NCBI GenBank assembly: GCA_000002445.1
Contig: AE017150.2
Location: forward strand, 768,001 to 832,000
Length of the DNA: 64,000 bases
Direction: 5' to 3'
DNA from: Trypanosoma brucei
Lineage: Eukaryota
Shown here: piece after piece, positions 20,939-32,382 of the stretch
Layout: the number at the start of each line of letters is the position of its first letter
Numbering within the stretch: the stretch's first letter is position 1
Program-made: the position numbers and the translations under genes
The notes under the pieces: generated by a model
Told to the model about the DNA's origin: nothing
What the model saw: the letters and a program-made list of their open reading frames with translations, nothing else
The model's database searches: none

Positions 20939-22729
20939 TTACATGATGGAGTAAAGTTCTTCAGCAGTTATTAGGCTCTCCCTTTTCTCCACTTCACCTT
21001 GCATCTCCCGCTGCTTCACAGGATCGCAAGCTAAAAGGGCATTTGAAATGGCAAGTTGCATTTCTTTCGTTACGTTATTGAACCCCCGCAACTCATTGAC
21101 AAAAGTCCTCCAAAGTTCAATTTCGTCGGTGCTGCGTGGTGTGCCTTTTTGTTTTCTCTGCGCCTGCAGCTTAGAAAGAAGTTCCCAGTCGTGTGAAATA
21201 TCGAGAGGTGCAAGAAACCTCTCAGAATCAAGTAGCAGAGATGCAAAGGAATTCCAGTCCCGCTGCTGCTCCAATGCACGAAAAGCCGCCGTAAAAACAG
21301 ATGAAGTAAATGTAATTAATTGCCCCTCTTTACCTTGAAGACGGCGGAATACATCTAATGACCGTTCCCACTCACCATCACGCAGAAGCGATTCCATAAG
21401 TGCAGCGCTGGTTTCTGCAGTTTCCTTTACACCATAATGTTTCCACTGATTAGAAAAGAGATCCAACGCGTGATGCCAGTCACTACTAGCGAGATATGCA
21501 TTCCAAATGCGTGTATCATGCATATGCCGCTCCCCGTGTTTAGTGCACGTGGGGTTCGTAATGATATCCACAACCATCTGAACCTCCTTTAATGAGCCAC
21601 CTAAACGACGTATGGCACGTAATAACTCAGCCCAGGCTAAAGAAGGCAAATATGTTCGCGCCTGTCCTTGAGGTTGAAAACATTGAACGAGTTTTACAGC
21701 ATCAACCCACGTTGCTTTGGTTTGTGAGCCACCACGCGCGGCATTCGTATCATCGCTTGGGTGTAAGACGCTGAAAACTGGGGCAGCAGCAACTGGAAGA
21801 AGCGGTTCCCGCGATGCCTTCACAAGTTTTTCAATTGCTTTATATGGCGGATGTGTGTGGGTGCTGTTAAAGCAACGACCACACATACTTCCACCACAAC
21901 CAGAGCGAATAGATTCACATAATACAGCTACAAGAAACGATACTGCTTCCCTTCTCTTTTCATGGTTCTGCTGTATCCAATGTCGCTCAAAATAAGGCAA
22001 AACAGACTTATTGTACAACTGTAACGCCACTGCCCAATCCCTCTCTCCTGCGGTTTGAAGCACAACACCCATAAGTTTCAGAATGGCATCACGCTCCTTC
22101 AGACAAGCGGATTCTACACACGAGGCGAACGTACGGTTAAAAGTCTTTATTCTTCTATTTGACCACGTCTCTCCAGTATTTCCTTGGGGCCCATCTCCGC
22201 CAGCATATTTCAACAGTTGTTGCACACATGCCAATGTCATGGGGAGGTTACGACGAAGTGATGGTGTGGAAAAAGCTGGCGGTGTTGTGGCTCCTCGCAT
22301 AATACAATGAAAGTTACGATCCATGAAGTTACATGCGCGTTCAACCTCAGTTGTTCCATCACGCCAGGATCCAAACACAACAGGGGTGTTAGCGCCGGCA
22401 GTTGAAGAGAAGCAACTCAAACTGTGCCTTCCTTCATTACGAATAATAGGAGAAGGATTAGAGGATTCAATTGTGGTCAAAAGAGACTTTTCTCTTGTTG
22501 ACAACTCTTGCAACCGCTGCTCACGAGCAAGTCGTGCACTTTGTGCCTGCACAAATGCATCAATATATTGGGCTTTGCTGTATGGGTAGGGCTCAGCAAA
22601 CCTCTTGCGCTTTTGCAAAATGCTCCTGTTCCTCCTGTTAATCTCTTTTGCTTTTTTTTTCATGTCATCGAGGCTAAACTCGGTACGGATCTGTCGCAGT
22701 AAGAATGCACCGCGTCGCTGTAGCGCCAT
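20939..22729 (-). CDS. Helical-repeat (PPR/TPR-like) protein with a predicted mitochondrial presequence
   Basis: 596 aa from MALQRRGAFLLRQIRTEF, which is Arg-rich and amphipathic like an MTS. The C-terminal half has repeated 35-aa helical-hairpin-like units (WNAYLASSDWHHALDLFSNQWKHYGVKETAETSAALMESLLRDGEWERSLDVFRRLQ). The track start at 22915 is a TTG and translates a polypyrimidine tract. Confidence 0.5.
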   Translation of the reverse strand: MALQRRGAFLLRQIRTEFSLDDMKKKAKEINRRNRSILQKRKRFAEPYPYSKAQYIDAFVQAQSARLAREQRLQELSTREKSLLTTIESSNPSPIIRNEGRHSLSCFSSTAGANTPVVFGSWRDGTTEVERACNFMDRNFHCIMRGATTPPAFSTPSLRRNLPMTLACVQQLLKYAGGDGPQGNTGETWSNRRIKTFNRTFASCVESACLKERDAILKLMGVVLQTAGERDWAVALQLYNKSVLPYFERHWIQQNHEKRREAVSFLVAVLCESIRSGCGGSMCGRCFNSTHTHPPYKAIEKLVKASREPLLPVAAAPVFSVLHPSDDTNAARGGSQTKATWVDAVKLVQCFQPQGQARTYLPSLAWAELLRAIRRLGGSLKEVQMVVDIITNPTCTKHGERHMHDTRIWNAYLASSDWHHALDLFSNQWKHYGVKETAETSAALMESLLRDGEWERSLDVFRRLQGKEGQLITFTSSVFTAAFRALEQQRDWNSFASLLLDSERFLAPLDISHDWELLSKLQAQRKQKGTPRSTDEIELWRTFVNELRGFNNVTKEMQLAISNALLACDPVKQREMQGEVEKRESLITAEELYSIM

Positions 22730-23427
22730 ATCATTTCCACTAATCCAATGTTGCAGTGAGTAAGTGTAGAAATCGTGTTTGTGTTGACGCGGTAATAAAA
22801 AAAAATAACGATTGCGTACCTCAAGCAAGTTCCTAATATAAACCTCATGTGTTGCCAGCGGTAAGAAGAGAAGGAAAAAAGGGGGCAAAATTAGTGGAGA
22901 AGGCCACATATTCAACTTCCCGGCCGCGTGGACAGTATTTATTTTGGTAATCTTCCATTTTTAACATCTGGAGGAAAAATAAAGACTGAAGAAGCCGCTG
23001 TCCCCCGTTACTCAACTGGAGATGGGGCTCAGCGGTGTCTAAAAATAAAAACACAATGAAGTAGTTCTGCGAGCGCCAGCCGTTGTAATTAAAGGGGGAA
23101 AAAATAACTAACACAGATACTTATAATATATATATATATATGTATGGGAATCATTCGCCTCCGATCATCTCCAGAACGAACCAAAAAAAAAAAACACCCC
23201 TGCCGCCCGCACAGTTTGTAATCCTCCCCTTCATTACGGAGTCTCAAGAGTAGCAGCCGTAAACAACACAGGAGGAAGCTGCCCGTCAGTAACGAACCTT
23301 CTACAACACGACCTCTCCAGCACGTTTTTTCTTTCCTCATGAACCCACATTCATACTGCTGCGTCACAATACTCGACACATACACATACACACAAAAAAA
23401 ACCCACACATACTCGTATTTACTCTCT

Positions 23428-25812
23428 TCATTTCACTGCTTCCCGTAACGGCTGGCCCAACTCCTTCCCTGTGTCATTGCGCGCCCATGCAAGAGGTATC
23501 ATATAAACATCACTTCCATTCTCCACAGTTGCGTGGATCCACAACTTCACTAGTACGAGTCGTACTATGGCAACCAGAACCACCAATAAAGCAATAACGC
23601 CTGATGCGTAGAAACGCGCAGAATCTAGCAAACGGCATCGTCCATAATCCAAACAGCACTCTGTTGAGATGTTGAAAGGGCCATGTTTCTCTCTTGACAG
23701 TCCAGTCGTAAACGGTATTTCGTTTGTATGGCCATACGAGGTGCCTCCTCCACCGTAGCGGAGCAGGCCGTGACTGTGCCTTAGTTGCGTAAAGTCGCCC
23801 GACAAGCAGTACTGAAGCAAGTTCGTATAGCATGGACTTACTTCATAAACATTGAGTGCATTGGTTATAAAGTACTCATACACTCCATGACTTGCCACGT
23901 AACAGTTGAAGCCAGTAGTTGCTACCGCCACAAGCACAAACACAACAATAAACCATTGCGCCCTCCGTTTCAGCATAGGGATGAAAAGCAGGGAAGCGGT
24001 GGTGGAGATGACAACGAGAAAGGCACCACCAATCACTTGAATGGGTCCTGACGCCAAGCACAGCGCAGCCACGCCACTATTCAGGGTAGTAACAACATCA
24101 GCCTGCAAACATGACATAATACACATACACTGCCGCCGCCGCCGGAGTAACTCTTCCCGCACCGTGCCCTTTGCACACAAGTAATGCGCAAATGTCCTCG
24201 AAACGGGCACGTATAGGCAGCAAGCCGTAGAAAGCAAACCGATATTCACGGAAAACACGACGATTGCCCATGCAGGAATGCTGTGGGATGATGTACTGGA
24301 AGACCTGGAAAATAAATAGTTGACGAAGCATCCGACCATCAGCACAACAGTTAAAAAATGGCAGAAAAAACTTCTAGCGTTCTCGCAGCGTACGGCATGG
24401 AGTGCGAGATAAACAGCGACCAAACTGTTCATCGCAAAGCAAATAAAAGCAAAACACATATCCGGAGAAAATGACTCTAGAAGAACGATGCCGTTGCAAA
24501 CTGAGTCGTCCGAAACACGGCTTCTTTGCTCGTCAAACGTAAAAAGGAGGTGCAAACCACCAGCCACTATAGTTGAAAGAGCCGCGGTAAAATTTAACAA
24601 GCAAAAAACACGAGACATGAGGGATATGTCGCCCGAAAATACGTTGATGAAATTCCAGGTTTTAACAATGCATCCACCACCTGTAAGTTCAGCGGTGCGG
24701 GGATTTTGTCCAAGACATACCCGCGCATCCGTTCCTTTGACCAGTTTGCGGTGGGAGGAACGGGAGCAGCAGCAGCTGCTGCAAAAGAAAGTGCAACACG
24801 ATGGGAAACGACAACAACAACAACCATTGTCTTCATCCTCAACCAAATTATCGCCCTCACTGCGCACAGCAACAATTGGTTGAACTTCGATATATTTGTA
24901 CTCCACTACGCCAGTTGCAACGTCCCTCGTAGAACTATTATAGCCGGGGCGAAAGCAATCGAGGAGCAGTTCGCGACCAGGAGCAGCAATCGCTCCACCG
25001 CGAAATGCATGCTCACTATCAACACCACGATGTGCGCCTATTCCAAACACTTTCTCTGACGACTGAGCACCACACATTGCATCTGCAGCATCGCTAAACG
25101 GCGTCGAACCTTCACGCATCACATTAAAACGCCTGGAGGCTAACAAAGATGATCGAGTAAAGCATAAATTAAGGTGTTCCGCCTCTTGAGTCGGTGCCCC
25201 GCTACACCCATCATAAAACTTCACTGACGACTGAAGGTCGGTAGCCGGTCGAGGCATTTCATCGGAGGCTGCAGAAAGAGAAGAGGCGGAGCTATTGTTC
25301 ATATTCGGACGGCAGACGGAAACTTCGCCATCCGCTTGTCGAACTGCGGGGAGCGGCAACGTGTCGTCAAGTGGCGGTGAGCGTCGCACATGTTCGCTAG
25401 AATTATGGGTGAAAACTAACGTTGCAGCAACCGCCCTAAAGTTATCGCGCGAGTCACGAGGTCTCGCGGAAGCGGGTGTCACACGACTTCTTCCCGAAAC
25501 AGAAATGTAAGAAGTAGTTGTGGAGCCTAATGCACTCGATGTGGCACGGGGGCTCCCCCTAATTGAATTCCACCGTTGGTGTACAAAAGCCAGTGGCGAT
25601 GGCGGGTCACGCGCTGGGAGTGATGAAAGTGTTCCTTCTAACCTGGGTGATGCAAGTGACACCTCCTGCTCCTCATCCTCATGATTCGGTCCACTCACTG
25701 ATTCAAGGGAGAAACCCTCATGCGTCTGGAGATTCCATACAGACACTTCTCTCCCATTTTGAAGTGGCGCCAGTTGGTTGCAGTCCCCATCATCTCTACT
25801 GGAATGTGACAT
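23428..25812 (-). CDS. Multi-pass membrane protein (794 aa) with an extreme poly-cysteine cluster; otherwise hypothetical
   Basis: ATG at 25812. N-terminal about 330 aa is hydrophilic and S/R-rich, followed by NGCCCCRFPSCCTFFCSSCCCSRSS and at least 8 hydrophobic helices in the C-terminal half. Confidence 0.6.
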   Translation of the reverse strand: MSHSSRDDGDCNQLAPLQNGREVSVWNLQTHEGFSLESVSGPNHEDEEQEVSLASPRLEGTLSSLPARDPPSPLAFVHQRWNSIRGSPRATSSALGSTTTSYISVSGRSRVTPASARPRDSRDNFRAVAATLVFTHNSSEHVRRSPPLDDTLPLPAVRQADGEVSVCRPNMNNSSASSLSAASDEMPRPATDLQSSVKFYDGCSGAPTQEAEHLNLCFTRSSLLASRRFNVMREGSTPFSDAADAMCGAQSSEKVFGIGAHRGVDSEHAFRGGAIAAPGRELLLDCFRPGYNSSTRDVATGVVEYKYIEVQPIVAVRSEGDNLVEDEDNGCCCCRFPSCCTFFCSSCCCSRSSHRKLVKGTDARVCLGQNPRTAELTGGGCIVKTWNFINVFSGDISLMSRVFCLLNFTAALSTIVAGGLHLLFTFDEQRSRVSDDSVCNGIVLLESFSPDMCFAFICFAMNSLVAVYLALHAVRCENARSFFCHFLTVVLMVGCFVNYLFSRSSSTSSHSIPAWAIVVFSVNIGLLSTACCLYVPVSRTFAHYLCAKGTVREELLRRRRQCMCIMSCLQADVVTTLNSGVAALCLASGPIQVIGGAFLVVISTTASLLFIPMLKRRAQWFIVVFVLVAVATTGFNCYVASHGVYEYFITNALNVYEVSPCYTNLLQYCLSGDFTQLRHSHGLLRYGGGGTSYGHTNEIPFTTGLSREKHGPFNISTECCLDYGRCRLLDSARFYASGVIALLVVLVAIVRLVLVKLWIHATVENGSDVYMIPLAWARNDTGKELGQPLREAVK

Positions 25813-26857
25813 ATATCACCTCAACACAAATACGCCACAACCACAGCAACGCACAGCTGCGATATGACGTTAGTACTAACTTAATGGAAAAGGCAAGTAA
25901 AGGGAAAAAAAGAGAGAGGAGACGGTACAAAAACTCATGTGTGCTCAAGCTTACGAACTCAATACCCGTTCATCAAACGGTTGCACAAATGTACGTATAT
26001 GAGATGTTGAAGAGAAAATATGTACAAAAAGAAGTAGTTTTACGGGAAGAGATTGAGGGACGGAATTGAGAAAGAGAGAACAACAAGGAGGCAGAGTGCA
26101 TAAATGTTTCCCTCGATAAAAAGAAAAAAAAAGCGCCAACAAAAGTACAACTCACAACACCACGGTGACCAATATGTTAAATAAATCCGCGCAACCTCAC
26201 TGAAACTTTTACCCACTTTTCTCTCTACCACGTCAGTTAGTTAACACAAAAGAAACAAAAAGAGTTACGGGTCTGTTGAACGTATATAAAACTGCTTCCT
26301 CAGCCAAATTGAATCGTTGACAGGAGCAGGTGTTCATATTCCTTTTCCCTCTCTTTTTTTCCTTCATTTCCTTCTTTCTTCGGATGCACCCAATTTCCTT
26401 CCACTAATTCCCATCGCTTCATCACTAGTGTGTGCTGCAGATCTCAAGTGTTTCCTGCACCAGTGGCGCATAGGCAACAAGAGCCCATGAATTAAAAGAA
26501 AAAAAAGTAAGGTAAGATAAAATAAATTAAATTAAATTAAAGCAAATTAAATACTAAAATAATCATGAAAGAACAAAAAAGAGACAGTTCGTACAAATAC
26601 ACCACAACCTCAGTTACACCCTTAGCAGAAAACTCAAATTAAGAAAAAAAAGAGATAGAGAGACATTTGATCATATAGGTGGCATTTTGCATTCCATACG
26701 GTGCATTACCATGTAACTATAGTGTCTAACAACATACACCATGTGGTAATGAGTTTAATAATGTACTACATAGCGAACAACAAATTCATCTAAAACTTAC
26801 CTCTTCCTTTTTCTTTCTTTTTTATTTAAAAAAAAATCACCTTTACGTACTTCTACT

Positions 26858-27448
26858 TCATTGGTGTGAATGGGAATCCTCCGCAGTTGAAATAGGTGGT
26901 GGAAGCGGCGGCACTATTATCGGCTTTAGCGGTTCACCGGAAATGATGTTGTAGCCGTGCACGTCCCTCCGTCCTGCTAATTGCTTTTGCCTTGCATAGT
27001 ACAAAGATTTCCCTACAGCCTCCTTATACTCCATTGCTTGGCGTGCCTCCGCTGTTCTACATTGCAGCGTAACGGTATCTAACCCGTTACTGGGTTCATT
27101 TCGTGTGGACACACCAGCAACTTTTTTCCAATGCTCCTGTTCCCGCTCAAACTCCATATCCCGACGCACCTTCAAATCGGCATTACGCTCAACAACACGC
27201 ATCATACGATTCGCACGTATGATTCTTTGTCGTTCTCTTCCTTCATTCTGTTGATGCCGGAGCTCATGCACGGCTTTGAGGGCGGGATGAAGGCGGTATG
27301 GTTCGCTTATGTATGCGGCACTGTCCGGCTGCTGACAAACGGGATGGACATAATTGGGGTAATGTTGCAGCTCATCTGCCTCATGCCGCCGGAGCCCGCG
27401 TCGCCCCACCGGTTTCAAATAAAGTGGTGGTTCAGACCCAAATATCAT
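26858..27448 (-). CDS. Hypothetical protein (196 aa), basic/charged
   Basis: Minus-strand ORF with ATG at 27448, non-repetitive, no motif recognised. Confidence 0.45.
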   Translation of the reverse strand: MIFGSEPPLYLKPVGRRGLRRHEADELQHYPNYVHPVCQQPDSAAYISEPYRLHPALKAVHELRHQQNEGRERQRIIRANRMMRVVERNADLKVRRDMEFEREQEHWKKVAGVSTRNEPSNGLDTVTLQCRTAEARQAMEYKEAVGKSLYYARQKQLAGRRDVHGYNIISGEPLKPIIVPPLPPPISTAEDSHSHQ

Positions 27449-29659
27449 CAGTCGCCGATCAATTAATCAGCAAATAACTATATCTAATAAATGTACAGAT
27501 AAAATTTATAAATATATAGTTCGCAATTGTACACACAAGTACACTCGCGCTTACGGCCGTCGGTTAGTGCTTTGGCACAACTTCAAACCCAAGGTGTGGG
27601 GATCCGGTAGTTAGTAGGTTAATTTTTTGCAAAGTTGAAGATGATCGGACCACAGCTGCAATGTTTTTGCAACCCCAAATCGCTGAATGCTCAGACTCCC
27701 AATCTCCACGCAAGATGTATTGGTATCCTCAATAACACAAATATGGCGAGCAATGAGAACTATAAAGAAAGGTGGAAAAAAGACGCCTACTTACTCTTTG
27801 GCAAAAAGGTCAGAGATAAAAGAAAAGGAAGAAAATAAGAGATAAATGAAGTTCGTGGTGGAAACATAATAACAAAGCAGTAAATACGGTGTGTGTTTGT
27901 AGAAAAGGGCAAACATCAAATAAACTCAAATAACACGAAGATGAAAGATGTGAGAGGGAAAAGTGCGTAGCCACGATCTGCAGCACACACATCCAGATTG
28001 GAGGTGAGGAAGGGAGGGCTTAACTGCATAAATTAACTCAGGGACCTCCACCACCTTTATTCATCCAACGCAGCTTCTCCAACTTCACCCGCACATTACA
28101 CACACACCCCCCTCCCCTCAGGGAAGATGTAGCAAAGAAAATAAACAGCCTGACGAAAAGCTAAAATATGAGTAGAAGGAACAAAAAAAAGGAAAAGAAA
28201 ACAACAACAACAATAGCACGCGCAGACACACGCATATGGACAATTACCACTAAAAGCACACGCACTTGAAACTAGTGCATGCACGTTAACATACATTACC
28301 CCCTCCCCTCCACCTTTGAGTTGTATGTTGTACGGTTTCATGAGAAGACGTTGTCTGCCTTATCTTAACTTCTTTTCCTTTCTTTTCCTTTTTCTGTTTT
28401 TCGTTTTCCATCTCTTAAATGCTTTCCCCCCCCCCCGCCTTAAGACTTAAGGTCCAAACAGCGGCTGCTCACTCATATGCGTGAGCGCCCGCAACTACAC
28501 CACAATCGCTGCATCGCGCAAACAAACACAACTAATACTTTTCGGAAAGCGGAACGTAATTTTTATGATGTACGAAGGCAACATCAGATAAAGGGAAGGA
28601 AGGGGGAGTCAAGTGCGGGACAAGAGAAAACAGCCACGAAATTGCATACGTTTGTATGTTAAACTATTTATCTATATGGTTTAACCGCGAAGTGTGAGTC
28701 ACAAAGGAAGAAAAGAATGAAGGAAAAAAGAAGAAAAAAAGGAAGGAAAGTTGGGTCTCCAAGGTACCTTCCTTTTCAAAAAAAAAAACTTATCTCCCAT
28801 GACTCACAATAATTAGCGGTATTTCCTACACACTTAAGCATCCATTCTCTCTTACTCTCTTCTCCCCTCGTCCCCTTCCAAGGAAACAAAATAACAACAG
28901 TAATAGTAAAAACACTTCGTTTCTCTTTTCCATACTCAGGCATTTACTAAATATCCCAAATGTTTCTTACATTTTTATTTCCCGTTTCTTCTCCTCCACC
29001 TGCTTCCTTCCCAACTTTTGTTAATTTGCCTCACCTCCATGGTCCTTCAAACTGTTTGGTTTATTCCCTTCCCCTCTTTCATCAAATTTCCTACCATCTT
29101 CCCCACACATTTTTTTTAAAAAAAGTTTTCCCACTTCTACTTCGTTGCGTCTTGCTCTCTTTCGGTGCCACATGTCGCTGCCTCCTCGAAAAAATCAATC
29201 TGGAGAAGTTGTTCCCTCCGCCCTTGCGCTTCAAAAGTCAGCAATTCTGTATCGCATCGCATAACCACAGTTACGTTACCGCCCAAAGCAAAAGTAAGAA
29301 GGAAAAGAAAAACGAACACATATTCCCCAACGCACCCCGCAACCCGCACAACAAATTTATAACTAAATGCGTGCTTATATGCCCGTCGTCTCCCGGACAT
29401 TGCCTCTCTCTCTCTAAAGCTGAAAAAGAATCGTTATTAATATGAATCCTGTGTATACGAACGCACATGTATGTATATGCATTTTCACGTACACAAACAC
29501 ACAGAAGCGGGGAACGCCACAGAGACATTTGAGAGTGCAATTATATGTCCTGTATGCACTCGATACTTCAAAGAGCAGTGACGGTAAGGACTTCAGATAT
29601 AGCTAAGAAGGACAAGATATTGGGAATCGAGTGCAACACTTTGTCTCTGCGAATTCTCC

Positions 29660-29662
<3 letters not shown>

Positions 29663-29693
<31 letters not shown>
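29663..29693. repeat. (AT)15 microsatellite
   Basis: atatatatatatatatatatatatatatata, read directly. Confidence 0.95.
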
Positions 29694-29694
<1 letters not shown>

Positions 29695-29904
29695 TTTTGT
29701 CCTTCCGTTCCTTTGGCATTTCCCTCTTAGGAGTATATTGCTCCTTTTCTTGCCCTCCTTCTTCTTTGTCCATACATCGGTCGACCTGATCAGTATGTGA
29801 AAGTGTAGCACACGACTTTACACCTGCGCAGATGGTAATACATCCATACCCCCGCCAATTATTTTCATGTCTTCACCGTCCCTCATACACCGTACAAACC
29901 ACAA

Positions 29905-29926
29905 ACACACACACACACACACACAC
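29905..29926. repeat. (AC)11 microsatellite
   Basis: acacacacacacacacacacac, read directly. Confidence 0.95.
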
Positions 29927-30057
29927 ATATATACATATATCGCAACATATGACTACTCGGAGGAAACGCTATTTTGGTTCGCAAGCATGTGAGCTTGCTT
30001 AAGGGTACTGTTGGGACATGTGTCAGTGTTGAGATTAGTCACAACCCCTTCCATCCT

Positions 30058-32382
30058 TTAGCGGCGCCGCACTTCCACCTCGACTTCCTCATCGATATTG
30101 CTGGCGCGTGCTCTCAACACATCCGCTGTCGGGCTCTCAGCGTTCGAGCGAACTGTCTCACCAAAACCACAGGTTTCCTCATTGTCTCCTCCTTCGCATG
30201 ATTCCAAAGCTTGAGGTATCGCGCAGTTGGTTTCTGAGGACGATTTTCCAGCCACCACCGCCGCCCCGCCTTCTCTTTGCGAGGGAACTCCGACCATTTG
30301 TTCTGCCGCAACAGTGGTCGGTAAAGGCGCCAGCAGCTCCTCCGGCATGCACGGAAGGGGATCCTCGTGAAAGAATTTGTGCTCAAGCGCCTCACGTGCT
30401 GAGAGTCGGTCAATTGGGTTCCATCGCAAAATGCGGTTCAATAGGTCCATTCCACTGGGTGGAAGCGTTGCTGCTCCACTATGGTTTGAACGAGAAAAAA
30501 TTTGCTGCAGTGTATTCTCACGATTGTACCGCTTCAGTGACCGCATCAGACGCGTCACCTCGTGCATTTTGTACAGCCCACTAAACGTTTCCTCCGTCGG
30601 GATCCCAATAACATCGCATATTACGGCGAAGTGACGGCTTTCTTCCTCTGCACGGAACAAAGGTTCCTTGAGAAAAATTTCGGCCATGATGCAACCGAGA
30701 GACCACATGTCCATCTTATACGAATAGTCGGTAATGCCAAAGTGAAGCTCAGGAGCTCGGTACATGAGCGTGACCACATTCGCCGTGAGTTCCTGTCCCT
30801 CGCGATAGTGACGCCCCAGGCCGAAGTCACATAACTTCACCTCACCCGTGGAGCTAATGAGAATGTTGGAGGTTTTAATGTCGCGATGCAATATACGATG
30901 GTCATGCAAAAAGGCGACACCGGTGAACAGCTGCTGCATGACACACTTGACGCGTGAGAGGAAACACCTCGGTGCGTCTGGATGTTTGTTCGCAGAACTA
31001 AGGTGCAGAAGGGCAGCGACGCCCTTGCGATGGTAAATAAAAGCTTTCAGGTCGTACGGACAGTACTCCATAACGAGATACACATCTTTCATTTTATCAG
31101 CTGAGAGCTTTGTCTTGATTTGCGGCGGTTCTTCTTCTTTCTTATCCCCACCCTGATTGCATGACGAGGGAAGGCCGTCGTCGTTGCCCGACGCCGTCGG
31201 TTCTTCATTCGTCTTTTGCACATTATCAGTACGGTGATTGTGACGGCCGACCTCGTTGCTGACCTCTCTGCCAGTTGTACCCGTTGCTGGTTTTACCTCT
31301 TGCTGCTTCGACGCTTTTGAGGAATTGCTCTTTTTATCCAAAAGAACAACTTCCCTGCCGCACACAATATTTGGATGCCGCAATCGAAGCAGCAGGTCAA
31401 ACTCCCGCAGCAGATACGGCGGAAACCCAACCTCTGACTCCTCGAGCCATCGTTGTTTTACCTGCTTGAGAGCAAACTTTCTTCCACGGCCACCTCCACT
31501 CGAAGAAGAACCGTTTGCCTCGGTGGCACGGTACACTACACCATACACCCCGTGCGCAATTTGACCCACGGGAACATATTCATTCACAGAGCGGCACGGA
31601 GGCCGCGTCTTACCAGACACCCGAATGGCCTTCACACTACTCTTTACGTTTTTATGCAGGCTAGTGACATAGCCCTGCAACAGTGAGGGAGCATCCGGTG
31701 CTTCAGAAGCCCAGGTTGTCTTCCCTTCCCTGTCTTTCACGTCACTATGAGTGAAACACCTTGCTTCAAGATAGGGTAGGAAGTAAGAGACTACCGTGCA
31801 TAGTGGTGGATGCGTAAAATGAACAATATTCTTATTAATCCCGTCGCCGCCGCTGCCAACCCCACTCAGTGACTCGCCCTCACCGGAAGAGTTGTTGTGA
31901 TGCTGGTGTTGATACCCTTCCTCTCGCTGCTGTTGCACTTCCTCTTCGTTCTTTGCACTGTCATTGTCTTCCTTCGACCGTACTGGCCTTTCAGTTGCTC
32001 CAAAATCCTCTGAGCGGGCCCTTTTCTGTGCTTGCACGCTGACATTTCCGCGGTGCCGTTGCTGAATGAAGGTTTTAAACAATTCTACGGCAACACTCGT
32101 GGTGAACTGCGCACAAAGTGGGTCCTTCACGGTGTCTCTATACTTCACGACAGCCGTATAAGGGGAAACAAAGGCTGGGGGTAGATTAGCCAGTGGGACG
32201 GAGCAAGTGGACTTAACTTGTGCGGGAGCTGCGGCTGTAACGGTAGTTGACGGAGAGGGCAATGAAGAAGAGGGCGCAAGTGCCGCAGTGGTCGATGATG
32301 ACTGTGGTGTCACAACGGGCTCTTCCGCTGCGGCTTTCCGCGACTTCAAAGCCTCAATTTTCTTTCTTAACAACTCAGCCAT
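30058..32382 (-). CDS. CRK9: CDC2-related protein kinase (CRK family) with a long N-terminal region and large inserts in the kinase domain; possibly CRK9
   Basis: Kinase motifs: GVYGVVYRATE (G-loop), FALKQVK (VAIK-like), HRDIKTSNILIS (catalytic loop), DFGLGR (DFG), YRAPE (APE), plus an LREFDLLLRL-type cyclin-box helix. A roughly 90-aa insert sits between RHPNIVCG and LVMEYCPYDL. The track start (MTANESRR) is a GTG; the first ATG (MAELLRKKIE) is at 32382. The CRK9 assignment is from memory, not verified. Confidence 0.8.
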   Translation of the reverse strand: MAELLRKKIEALKSRKAAAEEPVVTPQSSSTTAALAPSSSLPSPSTTVTAAAPAQVKSTCSVPLANLPPAFVSPYTAVVKYRDTVKDPLCAQFTTSVAVELFKTFIQQRHRGNVSVQAQKRARSEDFGATERPVRSKEDNDSAKNEEEVQQQREEGYQHQHHNNSSGEGESLSGVGSGGDGINKNIVHFTHPPLCTVVSYFLPYLEARCFTHSDVKDREGKTTWASEAPDAPSLLQGYVTSLHKNVKSSVKAIRVSGKTRPPCRSVNEYVPVGQIAHGVYGVVYRATEANGSSSSGGGRGRKFALKQVKQRWLEESEVGFPPYLLREFDLLLRLRHPNIVCGREVVLLDKKSNSSKASKQQEVKPATGTTGREVSNEVGRHNHRTDNVQKTNEEPTASGNDDGLPSSCNQGGDKKEEEPPQIKTKLSADKMKDVYLVMEYCPYDLKAFIYHRKGVAALLHLSSANKHPDAPRCFLSRVKCVMQQLFTGVAFLHDHRILHRDIKTSNILISSTGEVKLCDFGLGRHYREGQELTANVVTLMYRAPELHFGITDYSYKMDMWSLGCIMAEIFLKEPLFRAEEESRHFAVICDVIGIPTEETFSGLYKMHEVTRLMRSLKRYNRENTLQQIFSRSNHSGAATLPPSGMDLLNRILRWNPIDRLSAREALEHKFFHEDPLPCMPEELLAPLPTTVAAEQMVGVPSQREGGAAVVAGKSSSETNCAIPQALESCEGGDNEETCGFGETVRSNAESPTADVLRARASNIDEEVEVEVRRR

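Noticed and set aside
28960-29445. 161-aa plus-strand ORF in the CRK downstream spacer
   Set aside because: The product is a polypyrimidine-tract translation (FLTFLFPVSSPPPASFPTF) on the strand opposite the transcription direction.
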